A stretch of 64,000 nt of DNA from an uncultured Chloroflexia bacterium (lineage in GTDB: Bacteria; Chloroflexota; Limnocylindria; Limnocylindrales; CSP1-4): NCBI GenBank assembly GCA_963706695.1, contig CAVPNC010000020.1, forward strand, positions 72,372 through 136,371, in the 5' to 3' direction. Shown in pieces: positions 1 through 9,421 of this stretch. A model generated the notes under the pieces. The model ran no database searches and was not told the origin of the DNA. It worked only from the letters and a program-made list of their open reading frames with translations. Made by a program: the position numbers and the translations under genes. Within the stretch, counting starts at the first letter, position 1; each line of letters begins with the position of its first letter.

Positions 1-2
1 TC

Positions 3-986
3 AACTGCTTCAGCGAGACGCCTGGGGAGGCCTTCCAGACCACCCAGAACAAGGAGGGTGGCGTGGCCGAGTCGGTCTTCATCGCGGCCCTCTTCACCCT
101 GGCCGTGCAGGACATGCTGGAGATCGCCGTCCTGCGGCGCGACGAGGTCTTCGTCCGACGCTGTGAGCAGGCTCGCGACGAGATGGTGGCTGCCGTCGAC
201 GAACACGGCTGGGATGGCGCCTGGTTCCGCCGCGCCTACGACTTCTTCGGCGGGGTCATCGGGTCTGCGGAGAACGAGGAGGGGCAGATCTTCATCGAGC
301 CCCAGGGCATCGCCATCATGGCCGGCATCGGTACGAGCGATGGGCGGGCGGAGACGACGCTGGCCTCCGTCCGTGAGCGCCTGGCCACGGAGCACGGCAT
401 CGTGCTCCTGAACCCACCTTTCAGCCGGTACTACCCCGAGTACGGCGAGATCTCCTCCTACCCGCCGGGCTACAAGGAGAACGCGGGCATCTTCTGCCAC
501 ACCAACCCCTGGCTGATGCTGGCCGAGGCGGCGGTGGGCAACGGCGACGGCGCCCTCGACTACTACCTGCGCATCAATCCGTCAGCTCGCGAGGACATCA
601 GCGAGATCCACCGCTGCGAGCCGTACGTCTACGCGCAGATGATCGCGGGCAAGGACGCGCCCCGGCATGGCGAGGCCAAGAACTCCTGGCTCTCGGGCAC
701 GGCCGCCTGGAACTTCGTGGCCGCGACGCAGGGCATCCTCGGCATCCAGCCTGAGCACGATGGCTTGCGACTCGATCCGTCGCTCCCGACGGACTGGGAC
801 GGCTTCAGTGCCACCCGCCGCTATCGCGGCACGACCTACCGCATCACGGTGGAGAAGGCGGCCGGCACCAGCGGTCGCGTGACGGCACTCGAGGTTGACG
901 GCACAGCGGTCTCGGGCAACCTCATCCCGCTGCCCGCCGAGGCCGGCGGCGTCGTGGAGGTCAGGGCCCGCATCGGGGGCGGCTAG
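3..986 (+). CDS. GH94 glycoside phosphorylase (cellobiose/cellodextrin/chitobiose phosphorylase family), C-terminal part; 5' end is outside the window
   Basis: The ORF is open from the window edge to TAG at 984-986. The translation FCHTNPWLMLAEA...HRCEPYVYAQMIAG...NSWLSGTAAWNF...LRLDPSLP matches the conserved GH94 catalytic/C-terminal region as I recall it. Confidence 0.8.
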   Translation, partial: NCFSETPGEAFQTTQNKEGGVAESVFIAALFTLAVQDMLEIAVLRRDEVFVRRCEQARDEMVAAVDEHGWDGAWFRRAYDFFGGVIGSAENEEGQIFIEPQGIAIMAGIGTSDGRAETTLASVRERLATEHGIVLLNPPFSRYYPEYGEISSYPPGYKENAGIFCHTNPWLMLAEAAVGNGDGALDYYLRINPSAREDISEIHRCEPYVYAQMIAGKDAPRHGEAKNSWLSGTAAWNFVAATQGILGIQPEHDGLRLDPSLPTDWDGFSATRRYRGTTYRITVEKAAGTSGRVTALEVDGTAVSGNLIPLPAEAGGVVEVRARIGGG

Positions 987-1073
987 CGGGGCCACAGGAA
1001 CCCGGCGGTGCCCGGGTGGGTCACGGAGCGTCCGCTCGCCAGATACCATCGCTTCGGAAGAGGGAGGGCTCGC

Positions 1074-1616
1074 GTGTCACAGAACCAGGGCTGGGGACAG
1101 CCGCAAGGTCAGCCACCGTACGGGCAGCAACCACCACCCGCGGGACAGCCGCCGCAGTGGAGCGCGCCGCCGCCCGCCGGTGCGCCATCCGGGCCGACCA
1201 AGTACTGCGCTACCTGCGGCACGATCATCGACGCACGCGCGATCGACTGTCCACGTTGCGGCGTCCGCCAGCCCGACGCGGTCTACCAGGAGCCCAAGAA
1301 TCGCCCGCTCGCGATCCTGCTGGCGCTGCTGCTCGGCAGCTTCGGCATCCACCGCTTCTACGTCGGCCCGATCTCCTGGGGCATCGCCTACCTCATCTTC
1401 TTCTGGACCGGCATCCCGGGGATCCTGGCCTGGCTGGAGGCCATCTACTGGCTGACGCGCAGCGACGTGGAGTGGGCCCAGAAGTACGGCGGTCCGGTCA
1501 CCGACTCCAACGGCTGTGCCATCGGCTGCCTCTGGGCCCTCGCGGTGTTGCCACTCATCGGCATCGTCCTGAGCGTGGCGATCATCCTGCTGGCGGTCCC
1601 GCTGGCCGTCCTCTGA
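1074..1616 (+). CDS. TM2 domain membrane protein with a P/Q-rich N-terminus and a zinc-ribbon
   Basis: GTG at 1074 is preceded by GGAAGAGGGAGGG. The zinc ribbon is CATCG-x11-CPRCG. The TM2 signature is LLGSFGIHRFYVG...GIPGILAWLEAIYWL. A start at 1008 is possible but lacks an RBS. Confidence 0.75.
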   Translation: MSQNQGWGQPQGQPPYGQQPPPAGQPPQWSAPPPAGAPSGPTKYCATCGTIIDARAIDCPRCGVRQPDAVYQEPKNRPLAILLALLLGSFGIHRFYVGPISWGIAYLIFFWTGIPGILAWLEAIYWLTRSDVEWAQKYGGPVTDSNGCAIGCLWALAVLPLIGIVLSVAIILLAVPLAVL

Positions 1617-1712
1617 GCCGCTCGCGCGACCCTGCTGCGCGCCCGGTGCCCAGACTGAGGCCGGGGCCTGTTTGGCGAACCCATTTGGGCAGCTCAGGAC
1701 CGGGCCCGGTCC

Positions 1713-3191
1713 ATGCGTAGCATCTGGGTCATGGGCGACCAGCTCGACCGCCGCCTCGGAGCGCTTGCGGTCGCGTCGCCCGCTGACGCCCGGGTACTGA
1801 TCGTCGAGAGCGAAGGCCTCCTGGCTCGCCCCCGGCACGTCCAGCGCAACCACTTCGTCATCGCCGCGATGCGCCGCTTCGCCGCACAGCTCGAGGCCGA
1901 GGGCTTCGAGGTGGACCTGCGACGCTCGGCCTCCCTCCGAGCCGGCTACCAGGAGCACGTCGACCGGTTCCGCCCGGACGAGACCGTGGTCACCGAGCCG
2001 AACTCGCGCGCCGCCCGCGGATTGTGCGCCCGACTCGGCGTCAGACAGGTGCGATCGAACCAGTTCCTTTGCCATCCGGATGACTTTCGCGACTGGGCCG
2101 AGGGCCGCGCCACGCTGCGGATGGAGGATTTCTACCGCTGGAACCGAACGCGGCTCGGGTATCTGATGGATGGCGACGAGCCGGCCGGTGGACGCTGGAA
2201 CTTCGACCAGGACAACCGCGAGCCACCGCCCCAGGACCCCTCGGTCTTCAGCCGGCCGCCACGAACCAGGCTCGACGCGCTCGACGCTGACGTGCTCGAC
2301 TCGTTGCCCGAGACGTTCGGCCAGGCCCCGGCCGGCTACTGGGCAACGACGCGCCGTGCCGCTCTGGCGAGGCTTCGCCACTTCCTCGACCGCGAGCTCG
2401 AACGCTTCGGCCGGTACGAGGACGCGATGACCTCAGGCTCCTGGAGCCTGGCCCACTCGATCCTGAGCCCGTACCTGAACCTCGGCCTGCTCCGACCGGC
2501 CGAGGTCTGCGCGGCGGTCGAAGCGCGCTATCGGGCTGGAGCCGTGCCCATCAACTCGGCCGAAGGGTTCATCCGCCAGGTCATCGGCTGGCGAGAGTAC
2601 GTGTGGGGCCTCTACTGGCTGTGGCCCGAGCACATCAGGGCCAACGAGCTCGACCATCGCCGCGAGCTGCCTCCGATGTTCACCGGGGAGGCCACGACCA
2701 GGATGCGCTGCGTGGCCGATACGCTCGAAGGGCTCGACGCGCGCGCCTGGGTGCACCACATCCCCCGGCTGATGGTCCTCTCCAATCTCGCGAACCTCTA
2801 CGGCGTGCATCCGCGCCAGGTGATGGACTGGATGCTGGAGCGCTACATCGACGGCGCGGAGTGGGTGATGGTGCCCAACGTCATGGGCATGGCCCTCTGG
2901 GCCGATGGCGGGCGGATGGCCAGCAAGCCGTACATCTCCGGCGGTGCCTACATCGACCGCATGAGCGACTACTGCGGGGCGTGCCCCTTCGATCCACGCA
3001 AGCGCACCGGCGACGATGCCTGTCCCTTCACGACCCTCTACTGGGACTTCCTCGCACGCCACGAGGAACGGCTCACCGGCAATCACCGGGTCGCACGCCC
3101 GCTCGCAAGCATGCGCACGCTGCGAGACCTCGCCGATGTACGGGAGCGCGCCTCGACCGTCGTGCGCGGCATCCGCGAGGGCCGCATCTGA
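1713..3191 (+). CDS. Cryptochrome/photolyase family protein, FeS-BCP / (6-4) photolyase type
   Basis: Intact 492-aa ORF. Four Cys residues are spaced C-x87-C-x2-C-x12-C (RMRC...YCGAC...DDAC), the arrangement that ligates the 4Fe-4S cluster in PhrB-type enzymes. Confidence 0.85.
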   Translation: MRSIWVMGDQLDRRLGALAVASPADARVLIVESEGLLARPRHVQRNHFVIAAMRRFAAQLEAEGFEVDLRRSASLRAGYQEHVDRFRPDETVVTEPNSRAARGLCARLGVRQVRSNQFLCHPDDFRDWAEGRATLRMEDFYRWNRTRLGYLMDGDEPAGGRWNFDQDNREPPPQDPSVFSRPPRTRLDALDADVLDSLPETFGQAPAGYWATTRRAALARLRHFLDRELERFGRYEDAMTSGSWSLAHSILSPYLNLGLLRPAEVCAAVEARYRAGAVPINSAEGFIRQVIGWREYVWGLYWLWPEHIRANELDHRRELPPMFTGEATTRMRCVADTLEGLDARAWVHHIPRLMVLSNLANLYGVHPRQVMDWMLERYIDGAEWVMVPNVMGMALWADGGRMASKPYISGGAYIDRMSDYCGACPFDPRKRTGDDACPFTTLYWDFLARHEERLTGNHRVARPLASMRTLRDLADVRERASTVVRGIREGRI

Positions 3192-3228
3192 CGCTAGCCG
3201 AAGGCAGGACGGCTGGCCGATCGGCCGT

Positions 3229-4501
3229 TCACTCGCGCAGCGCGGGGAAGCCACCGTGGCGCCAGCGCTCGAGCCATGCGCGTCCCTCAGCCACGGCTTC
3301 GATGACCCGGGCCACCTCGTCAGGGTCAAGGCCGTCGGGCCAGCCAGCCCGAAGCAGGTCGGCGTCGTACCCGTGGTCTGAGGCACCGGCACGCAACACA
3401 TCGAGACCGGCGGCGACGCCCATGGCGTAGCGGGGCGTGCGTACGCCCTCGGCCAGACCCAGCCGCACCAGCCCGATGAGCCGATCGTCCCAGCCCAGCT
3501 TGCGGCGCGGGTCGCGGCCGGCACGTTCCACGGTATCGGCCAGGTAGGGGTTGACCATGCGCTCGAGCAGATCGTCGGCGAAGGCCGCGTAGCCGGCCTC
3601 GGTGAAGAGCTCGTCGGCACCCTCCCAGCGTCGGCACAGGGTCGCGCCGGATTCCTCGAGGAAGGCCGTCCGCAGGAAGTCCATGGCGCCGTCCACGTGA
3701 CGCAGCTCGGCCACCAGCGAACAGGTCCAGCAGGGAGCCCATGAAACCGGCCAGCGCGTGGGTCGCGTTGTGGCCCAGCAGCTTGGCGTCCTCGAAGGGA
3801 GCCAGGTCGTCGACCTCGCGCAGCACCGCCATGCCCGGGTGCAGACCGCTGCCGGCTCGCGAGACGAGGATGCGGTCGAACTCCTCCACCAGGAACGCCG
3901 CCGGCAGGGCCGAGGTGATGGTGGCCAGGCCGTGCTGTCGCAGCTCTGCGCCATCGGTGATGACGCCGCTCATCTTGCCGATGACCGTGTCCACGTAGCG
4001 GGCACGCTCGCGGACGGACGCGCGCTCCCCTGCCGGCACGGCCTCCAGCACCGCCGCCTCCAGCAGGCTCGCCGCCGAACGGTGGTTCTCGGCACAGAAG
4101 ACGAGCAGCGGCTCGGTGCGGCTCCGCCGGCGCAGCCCTTCGGCCAGCAGGCGGTGCGGGCTGCTGGCCTCGGCGGTCTGGTAGAACGCGACCGACGGCA
4201 GGGCGGAGGCGAGCTCGTCGGCACCGGCGATGGCCTCGATGGCCAGCTCGGCGTCAGCGGCGACGGTGGAGTCGGCGACCGTGATGGGCCCCACGTCGAC
4301 CACGTCCACGCGGTCCGCTCGCGCGATGTTGACCCGGTAGTGGCCGGCGTCGGCACGCAGACCAGTCACGAGCTCGGCCCGCACATCGATGACCAGGGGC
4401 GGCGCGTAGTCACCGGTGCGGTCGGCCTCGTACACGAAGAGGCCGGACTGGATGGCCCCGAAGCCGAGGCCCACGAGGCGTCGTGAGCCGTGGAAGGTCA
4501 C
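3229..4501 (-). pseudogene. Mannitol-dehydrogenase-family (MtlD-like) polyol/sugar-phosphate dehydrogenase, one frame break near 3715
   Basis: The N-terminal part (ORF 3326..4501: GLGFGAIQSG Rossmann motif, LGHNATHALAGFMG) continues in the other frame (ORF 3229..3954) from LVAELRHVDG onward. The GTG start overlaps the upstream stop as GTGA at 4498-4501. Confidence 0.55.
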
Positions 4502-5773
4502 GCCTCCGCGTCCTCGAAGTAGCGCTGCTCATCGGCCGCGGTCCAGCGTTCGACGTCCGCGATGGCGTCGCTGCGCCGGTGCGGATAGACGATGGCCTTG
4601 CCCTGCACGCGGCCGTCACGGGCCATGGCCAGCAGCTCGGGCGCATGGTCGAGATCACCGACGTGGCCGATATGTGCGGCCGGATCGATGTCACCGGCCG
4701 CCATCAGCCGCAGGGTCTCGATGACATCCCACGGGCCACCACCCGAGGAACCGGTGATGTTGATCTCCTGGTAGTGGACGAAGCGCTCGTCGATGCCGAT
4801 GATCTCCTCCCCCGGCTTCAGGCCGGCGAAGAGGTCGAGCACGCCGTAGCGTGCGAGCAGGTGCTGGACCTGCTCCATCAGGGCGCCGTCCGCGGCCGTG
4901 ACGATGAGGTCGTCCGCACCGGCGCCGCCGCTGAGCTCGGAGACCACGGACGGCCAGGTCCCCGGTGGTGGTGTTGACGGTGACGAGCTCCACCCCTGCC
5001 GCAGCTGCGCGCGCCCCGAAGGTGTCACGGATCCAGGCCAGTCGTTCGTCGCGGCGGGCGGTGGCCACGATCGCGCGGGGGCGCGCTGCGATGGCCAGGT
5101 CCACGTGGATGCGGCCCATGGGACCGACACCGATGACGACGGTCAGGCCGCCAGGCTTCAGGCCGGTCGTCGCCGTGCGCGCGCGCGTGCGATCGGGCTG
5201 CGAAAGGTGCATGTGGTGCGCGTGAGAGCTGATGATGCAGCTGATGGGCTCGGCGATGCCGGCGTGAGCAGCGGGCAGTGCGTCATCGGGCAGGGGCAGC
5301 AGGCAGCCAGCCTCGAGGACCTCCTCGGGGATGAGGATGTATTCGGCTAGCAGGCCTGGGAGGGAGTAGCCCACGGCGATCTTGGCCACGCCGCGGCCCT
5401 CGTCGTCGTAGCGCTCGAGGTGGTTGATGGGGCTGATGTCGACCGCAGGCTGGACCGCGCAGCGTTGCCCGACGCGCCACTCGCCTGCCAGCGCGGGGCC
5501 GACCTCCACGATCGTGACCACGCCTTCGTCGCCCACGATGGCCGGGTGTGCGGCCGGGTCCCAGCCGTGCATCAGGGGGTGGGCGGCGCCCTGGTCGACC
5601 AGCTTGTTGACTGACGTGCAGATGCCGGCCGCGTCCACACGCGCGAGCAGCTGCCGTGGTCCGGGACGCGCGACCGGCACGCTTCGCACGGCCAACGACC
5701 CGCTGCCACGGCCGGCGAGCACCGTGGCGCGCATCTGCGCCGGGATCGACCCGACCTCTCCCGGACGGATCAT
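4498..5773 (-). pseudogene. Zinc-binding medium-chain alcohol/polyol dehydrogenase, one frame break near 4955
   Basis: ORF 4691..5773 gives the N-terminal catalytic domain and GVGPMG Rossmann motif. It continues in ORF 4498..5130 from VVSELSGGAGADDLIV. An ATGA overlap joins it to the PfkB gene at 5770-5773. Confidence 0.75.
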
Positions 5774-6705
5774 CGTCGGGGCTCGAGCCCGGCCATGCGC
5801 CAGGCCACGCCCGGATCGGCCGGACCCGCGAAGGTGTCGATGGTCGTGGTACAGAGGGCGCCCATGGCAGCCCCCATGACCGCGGCCTCGCGGGCCCCGT
5901 AGCCGTGGACCAGCGCCGTGAGGACGCCGCCGGTGAACGAGTCACCCGCACCGGTGGTATCGATGGTGTCCACCTTGAAGGCCGGGATGTGGCCCACGAA
6001 GTCGTCGTGGTTCACCCACGCCCCATTGGGCCCATCGGTGACGATGGCGAAGGCAACGCCCAGCTCTCGCAGTCGGGCAGCTGCGGCTACCGGATCGGCG
6101 AGCCCGGTGATGCCCTCGGCCTCGGGGATGCTGGGGATGAAGAGGTCCGTGAAGGGCAGGGCGGCCAGCACGCGATGCCACTGACCAGTGGAATCGTGGA
6201 CCACGTCGAGGCTGGTGTGGATGCCCTTGGCCTTGGCGCGCTCGAAGAGCCCGGCCAGTGGTGCGCCGTTGGGATCATCGAGCGCCGGCATGATGAGGGC
6301 GCCCCCGACGTGGAGGAACTCACCCTCCAGCTGCGGCTCGATGTCCTCCGCGGTGATGTCGCCGTCAGCACCGATGTTGTGCAGCATCGTGCGCTCACCG
6401 TCCATGTCGACGGCAACCAGCGAGCTCGAGGTCGGCTTGTCCGAGGCCACGAACCTCACGTCCAGATGCGGGGCCGGGACGCTCTCACGCAACCAGCGCC
6501 CAAAGACGTCGTCGCCCACGGGGATGATCAAGCGCGTCTCGATGCCCATGCCCGCGAGCACGCGCCCGGTGCGGAGCGCAGGGCCGCCTTCCGCGGTCGA
6601 GAACGTGTCCACCAGCCCGAGCACCCCGATGGGCAGCGGTCCGGCTGCCCTGGCGAGCACGTCGAAGGTCGCGCTGCCGGCGCAGGTGATCTGGATGTCG
6701 CTCAT
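5770..6705 (-). CDS. PfkB-family carbohydrate kinase
   Basis: Intact 311-aa ORF. The C-terminal motif DTTGAGDSFTGG is typical of ribokinase/PfkB kinases. It is the first gene of a three-gene minus-strand operon (6705 down to 3229). Confidence 0.85.
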   Translation of the reverse strand: MSDIQITCAGSATFDVLARAAGPLPIGVLGLVDTFSTAEGGPALRTGRVLAGMGIETRLIIPVGDDVFGRWLRESVPAPHLDVRFVASDKPTSSSLVAVDMDGERTMLHNIGADGDITAEDIEPQLEGEFLHVGGALIMPALDDPNGAPLAGLFERAKAKGIHTSLDVVHDSTGQWHRVLAALPFTDLFIPSIPEAEGITGLADPVAAAARLRELGVAFAIVTDGPNGAWVNHDDFVGHIPAFKVDTIDTTGAGDSFTGGVLTALVHGYGAREAAVMGAAMGALCTTTIDTFAGPADPGVAWRMAGLEPRR

Positions 6706-6885
6706 GGCTCGATGATAGGACGGTCATGACATCGGGTTCGTGTCTGCGAGTGGGCGACGCTGCGTAGCAGTCCGTCGTGGATGGGACTAGTACTGATGGG
6801 CCCCTCCCATCTGCTCCCCACTACACCCAACATGGGCGCAGCCAGTCCGCCGTACGGGACCTGAACCGATTCCGATGCACACCAA

Positions 6886-9421
6886 GTGTCACGCACGAAC
6901 CGAGTTCGCGCCGTGACCGAACCCCGCCTCTGCCCGAGCTGCCATCGTGAGAACGCGCCCGACGCACTGTTCTGCGTCGCGTGTGATGCGTTGCTGCCGC
7001 TCGACAGCGCGACGTTGGCCAGCGGCGGCGGTGAGCACGCGAGCGCGCCCGCGGAGGTCCTGCGCTGCCCGAGCTGCCTGACGCGCAACACGGCCGACCA
7101 GGTCTACTGCTGGCGCTGCCTGCATGAGTTGCACGCTTCCGACCTGCTGTCCGACGTCTCACCGCGGCCGCTCACAGCAGCCCTGGCCAAGGCTGCCAAC
7201 ACGCACGTCATGACCCCCGTGCCAGAGGTGTCGCCCTTCGAGCCGACGGCGAACCTCGACGAGAAGCCCGAGCCGGAGCCGGAGGCTGAACGCGAGCCCG
7301 AGGCTGAACGCGAGCTCGAAGCCGAGCCTGCGTCAGTACCAGATCCAGAGCCAGAGGCGGAGCCGGTGGCCGCGCTGGCCGCCTCGGTACCGCTCGAGGA
7401 AGAGCAGACGGCACCGGAGCCGATCACCCCGCTGGTGCTCCCGGCTCCCACGACGCCTCCGGAAAGCGTCTCGCTGATGCCCACCTTCACCGCGGCCGCG
7501 ACCATCGAGCACGACCGAGCGCAGCAGCGCCGTGTACGCCTGGGCTCCGTCGCGGCGGTGGTCGCACTTGCCGCTGTGGGAGCCTTCGCGGCCGCCTGGA
7601 TGATCGGATCCAACGATGACTCCGCGCCGGTGACGGCCCTCGCCACAGCGACGCCCAGCGTCGAGATCACGCTCGTCCCTGAAGCCTCGACCGTCCCGGT
7701 TGCGGCCAACATCGATCCCGACCTCCTGGAGAGCGGCCAGCCGACGCCCGAGCCGACACCAGAGCCGACGCCCGAGCCGACACCCGAGCCGACGCCCGAG
7801 CCGACACCCGAGCCGACGCGCCGACGCCCGAGCCGACGCCCGAGCCGACGCCCGAGCCGACACCCGAGCCGACGCCCGAGCCCACACCCGAGCCGACGCC
7901 CGAGCCCACGCCCGAGCCGACGCCGGAACCGACGCCCGAGCCCACGCCCGAGCCGACGCCCGAGCCCACGCCCGAGCCGACGCCGCGAGCCCGACGCCCG
8001 AGCCCACGCCGGAGCCGACGCCCGAGCCGACACCGGAGCCGACGCCCGAGCCCACACCGGAGCCGACGCCCGAGCCCACGCCCGAGCCGACACGCCCGAG
8101 CCGACACCGGAGCCGACGCCCGAGCCCACGCCCGAGCCGACGCCCGAGCCCACACCGGAGCCGACGCCCGAGCCCACGCCCGAGCCCGACGCCCGAGCCG
8201 ACGCCCGAGCCGACGCCCGAGCCGACGCCCGAGCCGACGCCCGAACCGACGCCCGAGCCGACGCCCGAGCCGACGCCCGAGCCGACGCCCGAGCCGACGC
8301 CCGAGCCGACGCCCGAGCCGACGCCCGAGCCGACGCCCGAGCCGACGCCCGAGCCGACGCCCGAGCCCACGCCCGAGCCGACGCCCGAGCCGACACCCGA
8401 GCCGACGCCCGAGCCGACGCCCGAGCCGACACCCGAGCCGACAGCGACGATCTTGGTGGCGGAGCCCGTGGCCGGAATCGCGTGTGCAGACTCGGAGATC
8501 TCCACCGCGGACCAGCGCGACGGTGTCGTGGTGGCCCAGCTCTGCGAGCCTGCTGACGAGACGGTCGGCCAGCTCTCGTTGCAGACGTTCCAGGATGCCA
8601 GCGGCCTTCGTGACGCCTGGCAGGCGGACGCCGCGACCACGGTGGAGTTCACGCCAGCGGAGGACGCGTGTGCCAATGCGACACCCGGTTCGGACAAGTG
8701 GGGCTTTGGCAACATCTCCTGCGGCGTCGCCGACGGCAAGGCCCGCATCAGCTGGACGGACACCCGGTCCGACTCACTCGGCGTGGTCGAGCGAGACGAT
8801 GCGGACGTGGCCGCCCTCTACGAGTGGTGGCGAACCAACGCCCGATCGCTCGGGCGCCAGATCGACAAGCCTGCAGCCCCGCGGGCCAAGCCAGACTCGG
8901 CCAAGGTGACGCCCGAGCCTCGCAAGCTCGTGCGGGTCCCCGGCAAGCCCGGCAACGCCACCTGTGCTGCTTCGATCGCTCCCATCCCCGACAACTTCGA
9001 CCGCACGTGGCGGATCACCAAGGTCAACTTCAAGAACGAGAGCGGCTACGAGCGAGTCGTCCTGCAGATGGCGCGGACCGGCAAGAACCGTTCCAAGACG
9101 CCGACCCGGACGACCGTCTCCCGCATGAGCGTGAACAAGCTCCGCGACGCCTACCCCAAGGCCCCCAAGCCCAACAAGGGCAAGGTCGCGATCGTCCTCG
9201 GGATCGATGGCATCGACGACGCACCCACCCTCTTCAACTTCAAGCCCAGCAGCCTCGACTACGTCAAGCAGCTCTCCCTCTTCAAGAGCAACGGCGGCTA
9301 TACGACGGTGATCGCGGCCCCGGAGGGGATCTGCTATCAGGTGCGTATCCCGATCTGGAGCGCTGCGGCCACGGGCAGTGAACGCAGGGCGGAGATCTTC
9401 ATCGACCTCAAGCCGCGGTAG
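6886..9421 (+). pseudogene. Membrane-anchored protein: two N-terminal zinc ribbons, an acidic linker, one TM helix, a long (PEPT)n linker, a Cys-containing domain and a C-terminal AMIN-like domain. The reading frame is broken four times inside the repeat.
   Basis: Frame 1 (ORF 6886..8556) gives CPSC-x10-CVAC, CPSC-x10-CWRC and the TM helix LGSVAAVVALAAVGAFAAAWMIG. Frame 2 (ORF 7700..9421) gives the non-repeat C-terminal 320 aa. Deleting 7 nt at four irregular repeat units joins the two frames. Confidence 0.65.
7741..8445 (+). repeat. Tandem 6/12-nt coding repeat (ccgacg cccgag = PT PE), about 58 copies of the 12-mer
   Basis: Read directly from the sequence. The 5' two-thirds carries synonymous variants (ccgaca, cccacg, ccggag). 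The segment 8191-8400 is almost perfectly homogeneous. Irregular units lie at 7819-7820, 7983-7996, 8093-8094 and 8185-8191. Confidence 0.95.

Noticed and set aside
7741-8445. Possible CRISPR-like or other non-coding repeat array
   Set aside because: The period is 6/12 nt with no spacers. The array is embedded in, and in phase with, a protein-coding gene as a Pro/Thr/Glu linker.
7104-8763. Long minus-strand ORFs (442 and 476 aa) encoding GSGV / ARAS / GLGRR repeats, plus ORF 7667..8155
   Set aside because: They are the reverse-complement readings of the PEPT-coding tandem repeat. They have no start context or non-repeat domains, and every frame is open in this tract.
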